A stretch of 64,000 bases of DNA, taken from positions 102,364,001 through 102,428,000 of the forward strand of contig NW_024704743.1 in assembly GCF_018977255.1 (NCBI RefSeq), given 5' to 3'. The notes under the pieces are model-generated. The model was not told the origin of the DNA and made no database searches. It worked only from the letters and a program-made list of their open reading frames with translations. This DNA is from Callorhinchus milii. Its lineage: Eukaryota. The position numbers were made by a program, and so were the translations under genes. This document shows, one piece after another, positions 25,141-36,740 of the stretch. How positions within the stretch are numbered: position 1 is the first letter of the stretch; every line of letters starts with the position of its first letter.

Positions 25141-28100
25141 ACTAAGCATTCCTCATACGCTGGGCCAATAGAAAAGTGCGGAAATATTCACTAAAAATTA
25201 CAGGGAGGTTTGGGAATTTTGTGGAAAATTGCAGGGCATGGATTGGTGCTATTGAGATACATTTTACTGCTTTTTTTACTGTAATGATAAAAACTAAACA
25301 TAAGGAAATAACACATATTAGATTGTTGCAAAGGAATACTAATTGCTTCTTTAACAAAAACTGGGTTGCCATTTTGTTTGAGGTGGGGGTGGTGGAAAGA
25401 CACCAACGAGGCAACAGGAGCTCACCACCTCCTGCTACTCAGACTGCTCTAGTTGGCAAATGATTCAAAGTGCAGCATTACGGTTTCCATGGAATGGTTT
25501 CCGTGGTGATGCCTGCATTCTGAAGTTTTGCACATTATTTTCTGAAGGAAACAGAGAAAGAGTATGAAAACGGCAACAATTATGAACAATTATGTTTAAA
25601 CAAGCCATTTATATTTTATTTCATATTTGTCAGTTTGCATAAAATATGTATTGAAATGTTAAAATGGCACAGTAAATACACATTTGATGTCTTTAATAAG
25701 TACCTTTGTTACATACTTAACACAGTCAAAAACATGAGTCACAAACTGGATTTGTTGGTTAATGTGCTTTGTGATTTTCGATTTGTAATTCGCACATGAG
25801 TTTTGCTCATTGGCCTTATATCACACTTCGTGATCTTAGGATTTTCAATTAACAGACTGCAAATTTTGCAAACCGTATTTACTAGGAGGAATTATAATGA
25901 GTCCCAAAGTGCTTCAAGAGGTATATGTAAAATAAATAGTGTCTGTGTGAGTGAACACACCAGCTAATTTTGTAAGTGAACACAGCAGCCAATTTTGCAC
26001 ACAGCACAAGCAGCTATAAAGTGAATGACTAGTATCGTTTGTTTGTTTTGGCCCGGACACGGGGAGAAATTCCCTTCACTTTTTGAATAGTGCCATAGGA
26101 TCTTTAACATCCACCTGTACTGGCAGACTCCAAGTCTTGCTGTGTGGTGTGAACCCAGAACCTTCTGTCTCAGCGGCAAGAGTGTTCCCAACTGAGCCAA
26201 TTGCAAAGCTGTGGGATAATTAATCTAGTTTCTGAATATTGAATGTTCAACCCCTATATTTATCTATTTTACCTTTTATTTCAAATAAAAATCCATTTCA
26301 GAAATGGTGAGAAAATATCTTCACCATTTCTCCCAGATTTTAAATCAAATATTTCAAAGCACCTGCAGGTCAACCACCTTCCAGCAGTCTTCCAAGACAG
26401 CCATGTTTTATTCTTAATCGTTCTTTAACAACAACTTGCATTTATAAAACACTTTTAAATATCCGACTGGTTCAGTTATTAGGCATCTGATCTTCAAGTG
26501 AGGAGGTTGTGGGTTCAAGCTTTCATAGGGATGTTCAAGTCAGTCATGGTTGACACTCCAGTGGAATCCTGGGACAGCTGTATTGTCAGAGATGGCATCC
26601 TTTGGATTAGATTTTACACCAAGGTCCTGTCTCTATCCAGGTGGATGTTAAGGATCCTCCAGCACTATTTGAGAGAAGGCAATTTCTCCCAGCATCATTT
26701 AATGAATCCACCTGATAAAATTGGTTATTCATTTCATACGTATTTGTGGGATATTGCTATAGGCAAATTGATTGCTGTGTTCACCTACAAAATAGACAAT
26801 AAATCCCATGAAGCATTTTGAGATGCTTCGACAATGTGATAATGTCAAATGAATAGATTATTATTTCATGTTGAAGAACATCTCAAAGTGCTTGTTCAGT
26901 GTAACAGTGGGCCTATTATTTTTATTCTATGCCTGTAAATAAATTTAATTCCTTTAAGTAAACATGTTCAATCGATTATGCCAGTATCAGTTCACAAAGA
27001 CCCTTTCAAAGATATGAAGTTTGTTTACATTGTTTTTAAAACTTTCCAAATTATTTCTTCTGATTTCTGTTGGGTATAGTTAACTCGAATTTGTGTATAG
27101 GGGTGACAAAATCCCTTGAATTCATTGTACAAGTACATTTTTGCCTGACTTCAAATTTGCTATATGTTTTAATGAGTTTGTAACATCTTATGACATGTCC
27201 CTTCTGTCATACATATGCAGAGAACACCATAGAGTTAATATTCAAAGGCATTAGCTCTCACAAAGGTGATATTCCAGTTTACAGGCAATAGCTCTCCAGA
27301 CAATCACACACTAAGTATGTTGATTTAATGCCCAATCAGGAGTAGTAATTTAACACACAATAAGAAGTTAGTCAGAATAGAAATCCAGTTTCTCCAAGAG
27401 CCACTTTATGTATCCTAACGTAAGGCAACACAAATCTAATGATGTGATTTCAAGAGAAGGGCAGAGATGATCGTGCTTCACTTAATTTCAAATGTAAAGT
27501 CTCTTCCTGTGGGATTCAGTTTATTCCACCTATGCCAGCGAGACTAACATACTTCTGATTCACGACCTCTGAGAAATTAATACTGTATCTCAAATTTGAC
27601 AAACTCTTCTGGATTGGAAGAAACGTATGAATAGCTTCATAAGTTTGGCAAGACTTCATTGCTCAGAGGTCCAAAGCGTGTTGAAGAGGCTCCGATGCAC
27701 TTAAAAAATCCTCCACAAAAGCTGGAGGAACTAGTACCTAAACTATTCAAGTTAACCTGTGTGAGAGAGAAAGAGTTCATCACAGTGTTTCAGCAGTCTA
27801 GCTGGTTTAATATTTTTCCTTTCTAAAACCATTTGAGTGCAGCAAAAAATAGTCAGGAAGTAAGATTAGTAACGTTTCGAATCCGCAACATCCTAAATAG
27901 CAATTTGTATTGTCTTCGATACAAAAGCAGAAAACTGTTTCCAAATATTACACTGTTGCACTTGACATGCGTTCCAATATATTTCCTGCATGTTGTCCAG
28001 ATGCTGATTTTCAGTAAATGTATTATCATTTATAAAATTGCAAAGTGTCCTTTTCCGCACTGAGCAGTCATCTTTATCCAGCCACAGTACATCCATCAGT

Positions 28101-28692
28101 AAGGTCATGAAGAGCTCAGAAGACAGTGATGAAGCACAGAAAGGCAAGCAACGCACTCTCTGTAGCTACCTAACATATGCCAACCGTGGTGTGTTACCAA
28201 GCGGAGGAAAAGCCTATCATCTGTCAAAGATCTTTCAGAGCTTTGACTCAGGTACTGCAGATCTATGGGAGGGGTCTGAAGTAGCAGGCAGGGGGACAAT
28301 TGGTCATATTAGGCAGCTACTGTCCTTTCAACACTCCTAACAGCATCCCAGTTTTATTAGCATTGTTAATGTATTCTAAATACAGTAATGTTAAATTATT
28401 GCACAAAATAACTATTCTATATTTTATATTCCAGCCTGATTCAACACTCTGGAGTATAATTTCCAATAATCTCAAACCTGATTTGTTGCATTATTAGCAA
28501 CAATATTAGCAGCTTCTGTCATACTAAGTTCATTTCAATATCATGCTTTAACTCAGGAGTGGGCAAAAGGCGGCCCGCGGGCCATATCCGGCCCGCCAAA
28601 TGATTCTATCCAGCCCGTCATTGTGTCCAGCAATAGAAAAAATGATGGCTCATTCAGTCCCAGAAAGTTGCACAAATTTTGCATTTAAATCC

Positions 28693-29011
28693 TGGAGTCC
28701 TGTGGCTCAGTGGTTAGAGCACTCGCTTTGCAAGTGAGAGACCTGAGTTCAATTCCAGGCAGGGCGAAACCTTGGGCAAGTTTCCTTACTCCACACGCCT
28801 AATAATAATCCCTCCAAAACCCAAAACAATAATAAATTGGTCATTTTCAATCTACGACTGTTTGTGGGACATTGCTGTGTGCAATTGGCTGCCGCGTTTG
28901 CCCACAAATATACAGTCAATTCACTTTACAGTGTACTCTGAAGCACTTTGGGACGTCCTCCCGACGTGAAAAGCGCTATATCAAATGCAAGGATTATTAT
29001 TATTATTATTA
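28693..29011 (+). mobile_element. Young tRNA/Deu SINE inserted in the hAT left end
   Basis: Near-identical to the copies at 1332, 40114 and 51554. Confidence 0.93.
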
Positions 29012-29242
29012 TCATTGTGTCTTGCAATAGAAAAAATTATAGTTCGTTCAGTCCCATAAAGTCGCACAAATTTCGCATTTGAATCTGACCAGCAACATCA
29101 GCCAATCACACTGCTTAGTTGTGCGCACGCTCCCTTGAGTGTTGAATCAGGCTGAAGTCAGAAATGTACGGATCGCCAAATTTTCAAACGCACGCGTGGC
29201 AACAGCGGTAATACTTTTCATTGAAGAGGACGTTAATTCTAA

Positions 29243-30713
29243 ATGAATTTATCAAAGAAGCGGAAAGTGGACCCTGAAGGTCGAATATTCAATAAAGAAT
29301 GGACTTCTACATATTTTTTACCAGTGTGGGTGGAAAATAAAACAAAATAAAATAAATAAAATAAAAGTAAATTAAAAATGAAATAAAGAAAATAAAAACA
29401 GTGTGCAGTTACAAAATAAAGTAAGGAATTTTGCAAGTTTTTCACCTGCACTTGATGAGTTGTGATGTCAAAGACACAACCCAGTTGATAATTTGTATTC
29501 AAGGTATCACCAAACATTTTGAGCTCACAGAAGAATTGGCATCAATGAAAGATACGACAACTGGAGAAGACTTTATGGAGGCAGTAAATAAGTATATCTT
29601 AAAATTAGGAGTGAAGTGGAAAAAATTGGTGAATGTGAGCACCGATGGAAGCCTAAATCTGACAGGCAAAATATGTTGGGTTACTGAAAAGAATTCAAGA
29701 TCAAGTCAAAGAAACAAATCCAAAACAGAATATTGTCTTTCTACACTGCATTATCCACCAAGAGGTTCACTGTAGAGTATTCTAAAACTAAGCAATGTTG
29801 TGGACACAGTTATGAAAGTGGTCAACCACATTTGAGCAAGAGGATTAAACCACAGGCAATTTGTAACTTTGCTTGAGGAATTAGAATCCGAGCACACGGA
29901 TGTTCTGTATCACACGACTGTAAGATGGCTTAGTTTAGGAAAGATCTTGAAAAGAGTGTGGGAATTGAGAACAGAGATTGATTTATTTTTGGACATGAAA
30001 CAAAAAGATTCAGATTTCCCACAGCTGAATGATGCGAATTGGCTCTCTGATTTCGCATTTGCCGTTGATATCATGGGCCACATGAATGAACTGAATTCAA
30101 AACTGCAACGGATGGGGGCCTTTGTGCACTATTTGTATTGCAGTGTCAAGTCATTTATTCATTCAAATTATTTATTTTATCGTGTCAGATAGGAAACAAG
30201 CTGTTCGCCCACTTACCAACTTTGCAGCAGATTACTGTTTGCGATCAAAGCCTTAAAAAGTATACTTCGTCACTACTTGACTTACATGCCGAATTTTCTC
30301 GCTGATTCCAGGATTTTAATTTGATCGAAAATGACCTGTCTTTGGTCTCTTCACCTTTCTCATTTTATGTTGACAAAGCCCCATTTGACCTCCAACTCAA
30401 GCTTATTGACCTGAAATGCGATCCATTGTTTGCGGAGCAATTAAAATCAGTGCTGCTTCCCAGTTTTTATGCCTCTCTTAATGAATATACCTTTCCAAAA
30501 ATAAAGGCTCATGTCCAGAGAATGCTTGTGCTTTTTGGATCAACATACATATGCGAGGAGACATTTTTTATGATGAAATTCAATAAATCAAAACATAGTT
30601 CAGTGATGACCGATGACCACCTTGCAGCAGTTCTCCTCATTGCAACAACGGAGATGATGCCTGACTTCAATTGTCTGATTAACACACATCAGCGATTTCA
30701 TTCTTCCCATTGA
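29243..30713 (+). pseudogene. Frameshifted hAT transposase (GTF2IRD2/SPIN-like)
   Basis: MNLSKKRKVDPEGRIFNKEWT, LDE..DVKDTTQL, STDG, LHCIIHQE (CxxH), VRWLSLG and FGSTYICEETF (catalytic E region), spread over several frames. Confidence 0.9.
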
Positions 30714-31239
30714 GTGAGCTTCTCATATTCTCATCAATATGTGAATAAATGTCTGTGCAATGAGTTGTTTTTATTTAACCTAATTTTAATGAATGTCAAT
30801 TATATCGACTTTATTTTATGCATGTACAAGTGTAAGACTTGATTTTGAGATATTGTTAAGTATTTGCATCTATATTAAGTGTGTGGCCTGCGAAGCTTAC
30901 CAAAACTCGTGAAGTGGCCCGCCAACCAAAATAATTACCCACCCCCGCTTTAACTCATAGTCTGAGTGTGGCGCTAACAGTAGAACTTGCTTCAGTGGGG
31001 ATGAAATATTTTGAAAATGGACTTTGAAGCAATCCATTATAATAGTTATCATAAATTCTAACATTTGCTATAGTGCCTTTGGTATCAGAAGAATGTTCCA
31101 TATCGCTTTACAAGATGCACTGTAAAGTGGAGTGACTGCGTGTTTTGTGTGCAAACGTGGCTTGTGTGTGTGTCTGTGAGTGGGGGGGGGTGGAGGGTGG
31201 AGAGATTGTTCTTTAATTAAGCAGTGATAATTAAAATTG

Positions 31240-31490
31240 AGCACTCGCCTCAGAAGTGAGAGGAACTGGGTTCAATTCTGGGCAGGGCGAAACATTATCC
31301 CTTTTTAAAAAAATAAACTTAATAATAATAATTTGGTCACTCAATCCACAACTGTTTGTGGGCCACTGCTGTGTGCAATAGGCTGCTGCGTTTTGTCCAC
31401 AATATATACAGTCAGTCAATTCACTTTACAGTATATTCTGTGAAGCACTTTGATACATCTCAAAGACATCAAATGCAAGGATTATTATTA
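31240..31490 (+). mobile_element. Partial tRNA/Deu SINE
   Basis: GAGCACTCGCC...GGGTTCAATTCTGGGCAGGGCGAAAC, Deu core, tail. Confidence 0.75.
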
Positions 31491-34293
31491 TAATTTTGAT
31501 ATACCCAAAATAAATAGAAGTGAGAGAAAGTGAAAGGGCAAAACAGTGAATGTGTTTTATTCAGATATTCAAAAACATAAACCAGTCTACAAAATACTTG
31601 TAATTTGGCTCTCGTCAACATGTGGTTTGATGACCTATAAAACATTTTCCACTGCAGTGCATGCTAATCAGATTATCTTGGCATGAAAACTAGGTGCAAT
31701 ATATGCAGGAACTTGCTTCCTGGCACATCAATTAAGGGTTGCATTCTCGAACTAGAAAGCATACCTTCCTGTCTCCTGAAGAATGAATGGCTTTTCATCT
31801 TCCATTCTTTCCTTGTGAAATACAATATTTCTTACACATGTTTCTTACCAGCACATCTGACTTTCCAAAGTGATTCATTTAGATTGCAGACTAAGAGGTT
31901 AATTTTGCCTACAGTCACTGCACTTTACAGTTACATCCTGTGAAAAGCTTTGGGATATTTAGGCAACATGATGAAGTGCATTATCAAATTATCATCATTC
32001 GTCATCATTTCCTATTTATCATTTTAAAATGTCCTTTAGTGCGTGCCTTACATTTCTAAAATAAAGAAAATAGAATTCTAACAGCCTTTGTGTCTATGAG
32101 AGTGTGTATGTCTCTCTCTCTCTGATACTGGGTCTCTTGAGTGTGTGTCTCTCTCCCTGGGTCTCTGGATCTGTCTGAGGGGAGAAATCCTTGATTTCTT
32201 TCAATTATTTCAACCAATGCCTCCGATTGTCTCAAGGTGTTTCATTCTTTAGTTCGTTTTCCTGGAGTATAGTTTCACGGATGCTGCATCTCTATTGTAC
32301 TCATCCAAGTGGCCATTAATCATTTGTGAGCTTCAAGAGAGAATGTCAGGTATCTTTTCAACCTCAGTGGGTATAAGAACAAGTCCAGAACTGTCATTGC
32401 CCTGAGGTCCAGAGAGGCTTGTCAGCAGCAAGGGATCCTGTAGAATAATAATAATAATAATCCTTATCACGTCTTCAAGATGTCTCAAAGCACTTCATAG
32501 AATCCACTATCAAGTAAATTGACTGCATATTTTGTGGGCAAAACATGTAGTAATTAAGAGTGGGAATACAGCCTAAATATTTCTTTCCTAACCAGAAATC
32601 ATGAGACCACGTGTATAATTCCAGCTCCAATCAACTGATTACTGGTAATTGTTTTTCCGCCCCCCCCTCTCCTTGAGACTTATATGGGATATTCTTTATT
32701 TCTGGATTCCTTATGGTGAATTAATCTATGTGGACTAAGTGCTATTACCCTGGGTTTGGTAAGTTTAATGCAAACACTCCTGTGCACTAATAAACAGCTC
32801 TTAACATCATCTTTAAAATCTAATTTCATTGGACAACATTAATTGATGTTATTTATCTCCTAAAATTACACTGAAATTATTCGTAACAATCAAGTTCATA
32901 CATAGTAAAAATATATATTTTTTTACTTTGACATAGTGTCTGCACCCTGATCTTAATGAAGTCTTAATACGTGACGTGCGACTGCTTTTAATGTAAGTTA
33001 TTGTTGGGTGATGGTGACAAATGTACCAAAATAGGCTTGGACGATGCTTTGTTTCATAAGGAAAGAGTGCTATCAGAATTGCTCCTATCTTTTTGCATTA
33101 GATTCACAATAAGAAAGTCTTTGGTCCATGATGGTATAGGCATTTTGAATATGTATATGCAATTCTCACACTGAGTGACAAAACCATGTGTACGATTGAT
33201 GACATTCTCAGTAACAATTTCAGTTTGTGCAAGTGGAGCCATAGTAGATTTACAGCCACCACTTCACTCTGTTACCATTTATATTTCTTTTCAATAAAAC
33301 ATAGTAATGAACATCACTGTTTCTGATTTCATTCTTATGAATGTAACGTAGGACAACTAGAAGTTTATTGTAATACTAATAATAATCCTTGCATTTGATA
33401 TGCTGTTTAATCAGATTATCAAAAGGATTTACTGTAATTTGTGGACACTCACAGCAGCCAACTTGTGTACAATTGTATCTGAGGGAATATTAACCAGAGC
33501 ACTAGAGAAACACCCTTCTCTTTTCTCGTCATGTATTCTTTAACATCAACCTGAACAGGCAGAGATGAGACCTCAGTTGACGTCCCATCCAAAGGACATT
33601 ACTCTGACAGTGCAATACTCACCCAGTGCTGCACTGGAGTGTCATTTTGAACTATGAGCTCAAAGTTCCAATGTGCTTGACCCTACAAGTTTCTGACTCG
33701 GGGGCAAGAGTGCTACCAAATGAACCAGGCTGACACCTATTAACCTATTCACAGGCACCTGGTTGGCTTCAATATGTACGTTGGGGATTTATAGATAAAA
33801 ATAATCTATATATTTCTAGAAGGGAATATGAGGGTATTAGAGTGGGGATCAGGAGAGGTGGAGACTTATGTGGAGCATAAACACTAGTTGAGTTGAATAG
33901 CCTATGGTCTATGTAATTCTGTGTGACATATATACGCCCAGAATTATTGAGGTTGTTACATTACTCATAGAAACCACAGATCACAGCAGGACATGTACAC
34001 GGTGAAGGTCAGGAGCAGGTAAAAAAAGCAGATTCCCAACAGAGGACCAGTGGCACTTTGCATAATGTCAATGGCAAGCAAGAACCAATACCATGAATTG
34101 CTAAAGGATCAATGAGTTATTCCCCTGTGTACTATTAGGAAATAATGATGTGGGGCAATTATTTATACATTGGGATCTTTGTTTTAAGAAACTCAGGTAG
34201 ATTGCTTGTATCTCCCAATGGAGACATTCTGAGCGATTAAGTGGTTAATTGACTTTGCTGCTTAGCAGTCTCAGGTTCTAATTGCAGTTACTA

Positions 34294-34669
34294 GTCCTGT
34301 AGCTCAGTGGTTAGAGCATTTGCTTTGTAAGCGAGAGATCTGGATTCGATTCCCGGCAGGGTGAAACCTTGGCCAAGTTTCTTTACTCCACATGCTGATA
34401 ATAATCCCTCAAAAAAACGCAATAATAAATTGGTCACTTCAATCAACGACAGTTTTTGGGACACTGTTGTGCGCAATTGGCTGCCGCATTTCGCCCACAA
34501 ATATACAGTCAATTCACTTTACAGTCTATTCTGTGAAGCGCTTTGGGATGTCCTCCTGACGTGAAAAGCGCTATATCAAATGCAAGGATTATTATTATTA
34601 TTCTGTGAAGCGCTTTGAGAAGTCTAGAAGACGTGAAAAGCGCTGTATCAAATGCAAGGATTGTTATTA
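34294..34669 (+). mobile_element. tRNA/Deu SINE with two consecutive tails
   Basis: Complete SINE followed by a second tail of a different type. TTACTA flanks at 34288-34293 and 34670-34675. Confidence 0.88.
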
Positions 34670-35077
34670 TTACTAATGCTGTTTCCGTGATATCTGCAAC
34701 AGTGTCACTTTGGAAAGAAACTGATTGCAAGAAAGATATATTTTCGACTTGTTTTATATTTTGTTTTGGTATATAGAGAAAACATTTAGAATAACACATT
34801 GAACTCCCTCGCTGACACAGCAAATCAGGCCACAAACAAGGCAGAATCTGAGTTGTCTGCATGTGAGTTGTCTTTAGCAGCAGCGTAATTGGATTCAGCA
34901 TCCCAGTCTATGGAGCCAGGCGCCAAAGAACCTTTGACAGCTTGAATCAGTGCCTTCAGCAGCAGGAAAAAAAAACGGGAAAAAATACAAATTGAAAGAA
35001 ACAATTCTAAATAAAAAAATATAATGGAATGTGCAATAGAAAAGTCAAATTAATTACACATCAAATCCAGAGCAATT

Positions 35078-35542
35078 ACAACAACAACAACAACTTGGAT
35101 TTATATAGCACCCTCCATGCCAGATGGTGTCTCAGAGCGCTTTTACAGTTTAGGATCCCGGGACCGAGCCAGGGGCAGGGAGGTGACCAAAGGCGCGGTC
35201 GAAAAGGAAGGTCTTCAGCAGAGACCTGAAAATGCGAAGGGAGTGAGTGAGACGAATGGAATGAGGAAGGCAGTTCCAGAGCCTTGGGGCATAGTGGCTG
35301 AAGGCACGGCCGCCGAGAGCGGAGTGGAGGACTCGGGGGATGAGGAAGAGGCCAGACCCGGAGCAACGAAGGCAAAGTGTACTGTTTTGAGGAGAGAGGA
35401 GGTCAGAGAGGGAGGGCTGTGCAGAGGAGTGCAGGGACTTGAATACAAAGGTGAGCATCTTGAAGTTGATCCTTTCTGGGATAGGCAGCCAGTGCAGTCT
35501 GGCAAGGACTGGGGTGATCGGGGAGTGGAATTTGATGCGGGT
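35078..35542 (-). mobile_element. 5'-truncated L2 (subfamily B), adjacent to a SINE fragment at about 35555-35715
   Basis: Encodes HSPITPVLARLHWLPIPERINFK...FLFDRAFG, with a (CAA)n tail on the plus strand. Confidence 0.9.
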
Positions 35543-36499
35543 ATATGGCAATGTAATAATAAATAATAATAATGATAATAATCTTTGCATTTAATATAAC
35601 ACTGTTCATGTCTTCTAAATGTCTCAAAGCGCTTTACAGAATATACTGTAAAGTGAATTGACTGTATATTTGTGGGCGAAACGCGATGCACAGCAATGTG
35701 CCACAAACAGTCATGGAACCCAATTTTATTTGGGAGATTTTGCATTTTGTTTATTTGAGGGATTGTTGGCCAAGACAGAAGACATTTTTCTTTGAATAGT
35801 ACTCTGTCCACCTGAACAGACAGACAGCATTTTGGTTTAATATCTCATCTGAACGATGCACCTCCAAGAGTACAGTGTCCCCCAGCATTTGATTGGAGTG
35901 TCATCTTGGACAATGAGATCAAAATTCTGATTCGGGCTGAACTTCCAACCTTCTGACTCAGAGGTGAGAATGCTATCAAACGAGCTTGACTTTTAAACCA
36001 TAGATGCCTATGATAGTGTTGAAAGTTGTTCATTGATGGCTGACCATATCTTAGGCAATCCTGCTTTCCTTTAAACTAATGGCAACAAATAATTTAACAA
36101 TAATATGCATTGCCTATTCATTCATTTACTCAGAAATTTGTGTCCAAATATCTACTTACCCCTCCTTTCCTGAAGATTATGAGTCATGCTCGGATTGAGC
36201 TCCCTAGTTGGCCATAGTTGTCCACACCATAGTCTCAACCAGCAGCATGTCAACATTTTTTTATTGAATTGTAGGAGTGAAAACACTGCTTTATTTTTCT
36301 CTCCCTAATCTGGGCCACTGAGGCCAATTGCAATATTCACATTGACATTTCATTTAATATTCAGCACAAATTGTGTAACTCAACACAAACCGATGAAACA
36401 TTGAAAACTTGAGGTCTGTATCAGGCCAAACATGTCCCATGGTAAAGATCGAAATGCACTTGCCCAATCAGGCATCAAGATCACTTAATTTTGCTGAAT

Positions 36500-36740
36500 A
36501 TTTTTTGGGGATGTCTGACACATGAAAAACACAACACCATGCTTAAGAGTATCCAAACCACACTGAGATACATGCATCCCACCTCCACCTGGAAAACTCC
36601 CATCCATTGGAAAGGAATCTTGACTCTCTCCCTGGAGTTACACATTGTAATTCTGGCAAGAGCCAAGCTTTGGAGACCCCAGAGTGTGCTTAGGGATACA
36701 GCTGGAGTCTAACCAGTTAAACAGCACAGCTTGCCATTGA
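36500..36740. repeat. Unclassified interspersed repeat (family X)
   Basis: CACCATGCTTAAGAGTATCCAAACC...CTCTCTCCCTG...GCAAGAGCCAAG...GCTGGAGTCTAACC is shared with 41095-41365 and with partial copies elsewhere. Confidence 0.7.

Larger units (their letters stand above)
28554..30947 (+). mobile_element. hAT DNA transposon, Buster/Charlie/SPIN-type, internally deleted
   Basis: TIRs CAGGAGTGGGCAA and (reverse complement) CGGGGGTGGGTAA. Subterminal CGGCCCGCGGGCC. Perfect 8-bp TSD CTTTAACT at 28546-28553 and 30948-30955 with central TA. Confidence 0.93.

Noticed and set aside
31526..31535. ISRE-like GAAAGTGAAA
   Set aside because: A single short motif with no nearby promoter or gene start.
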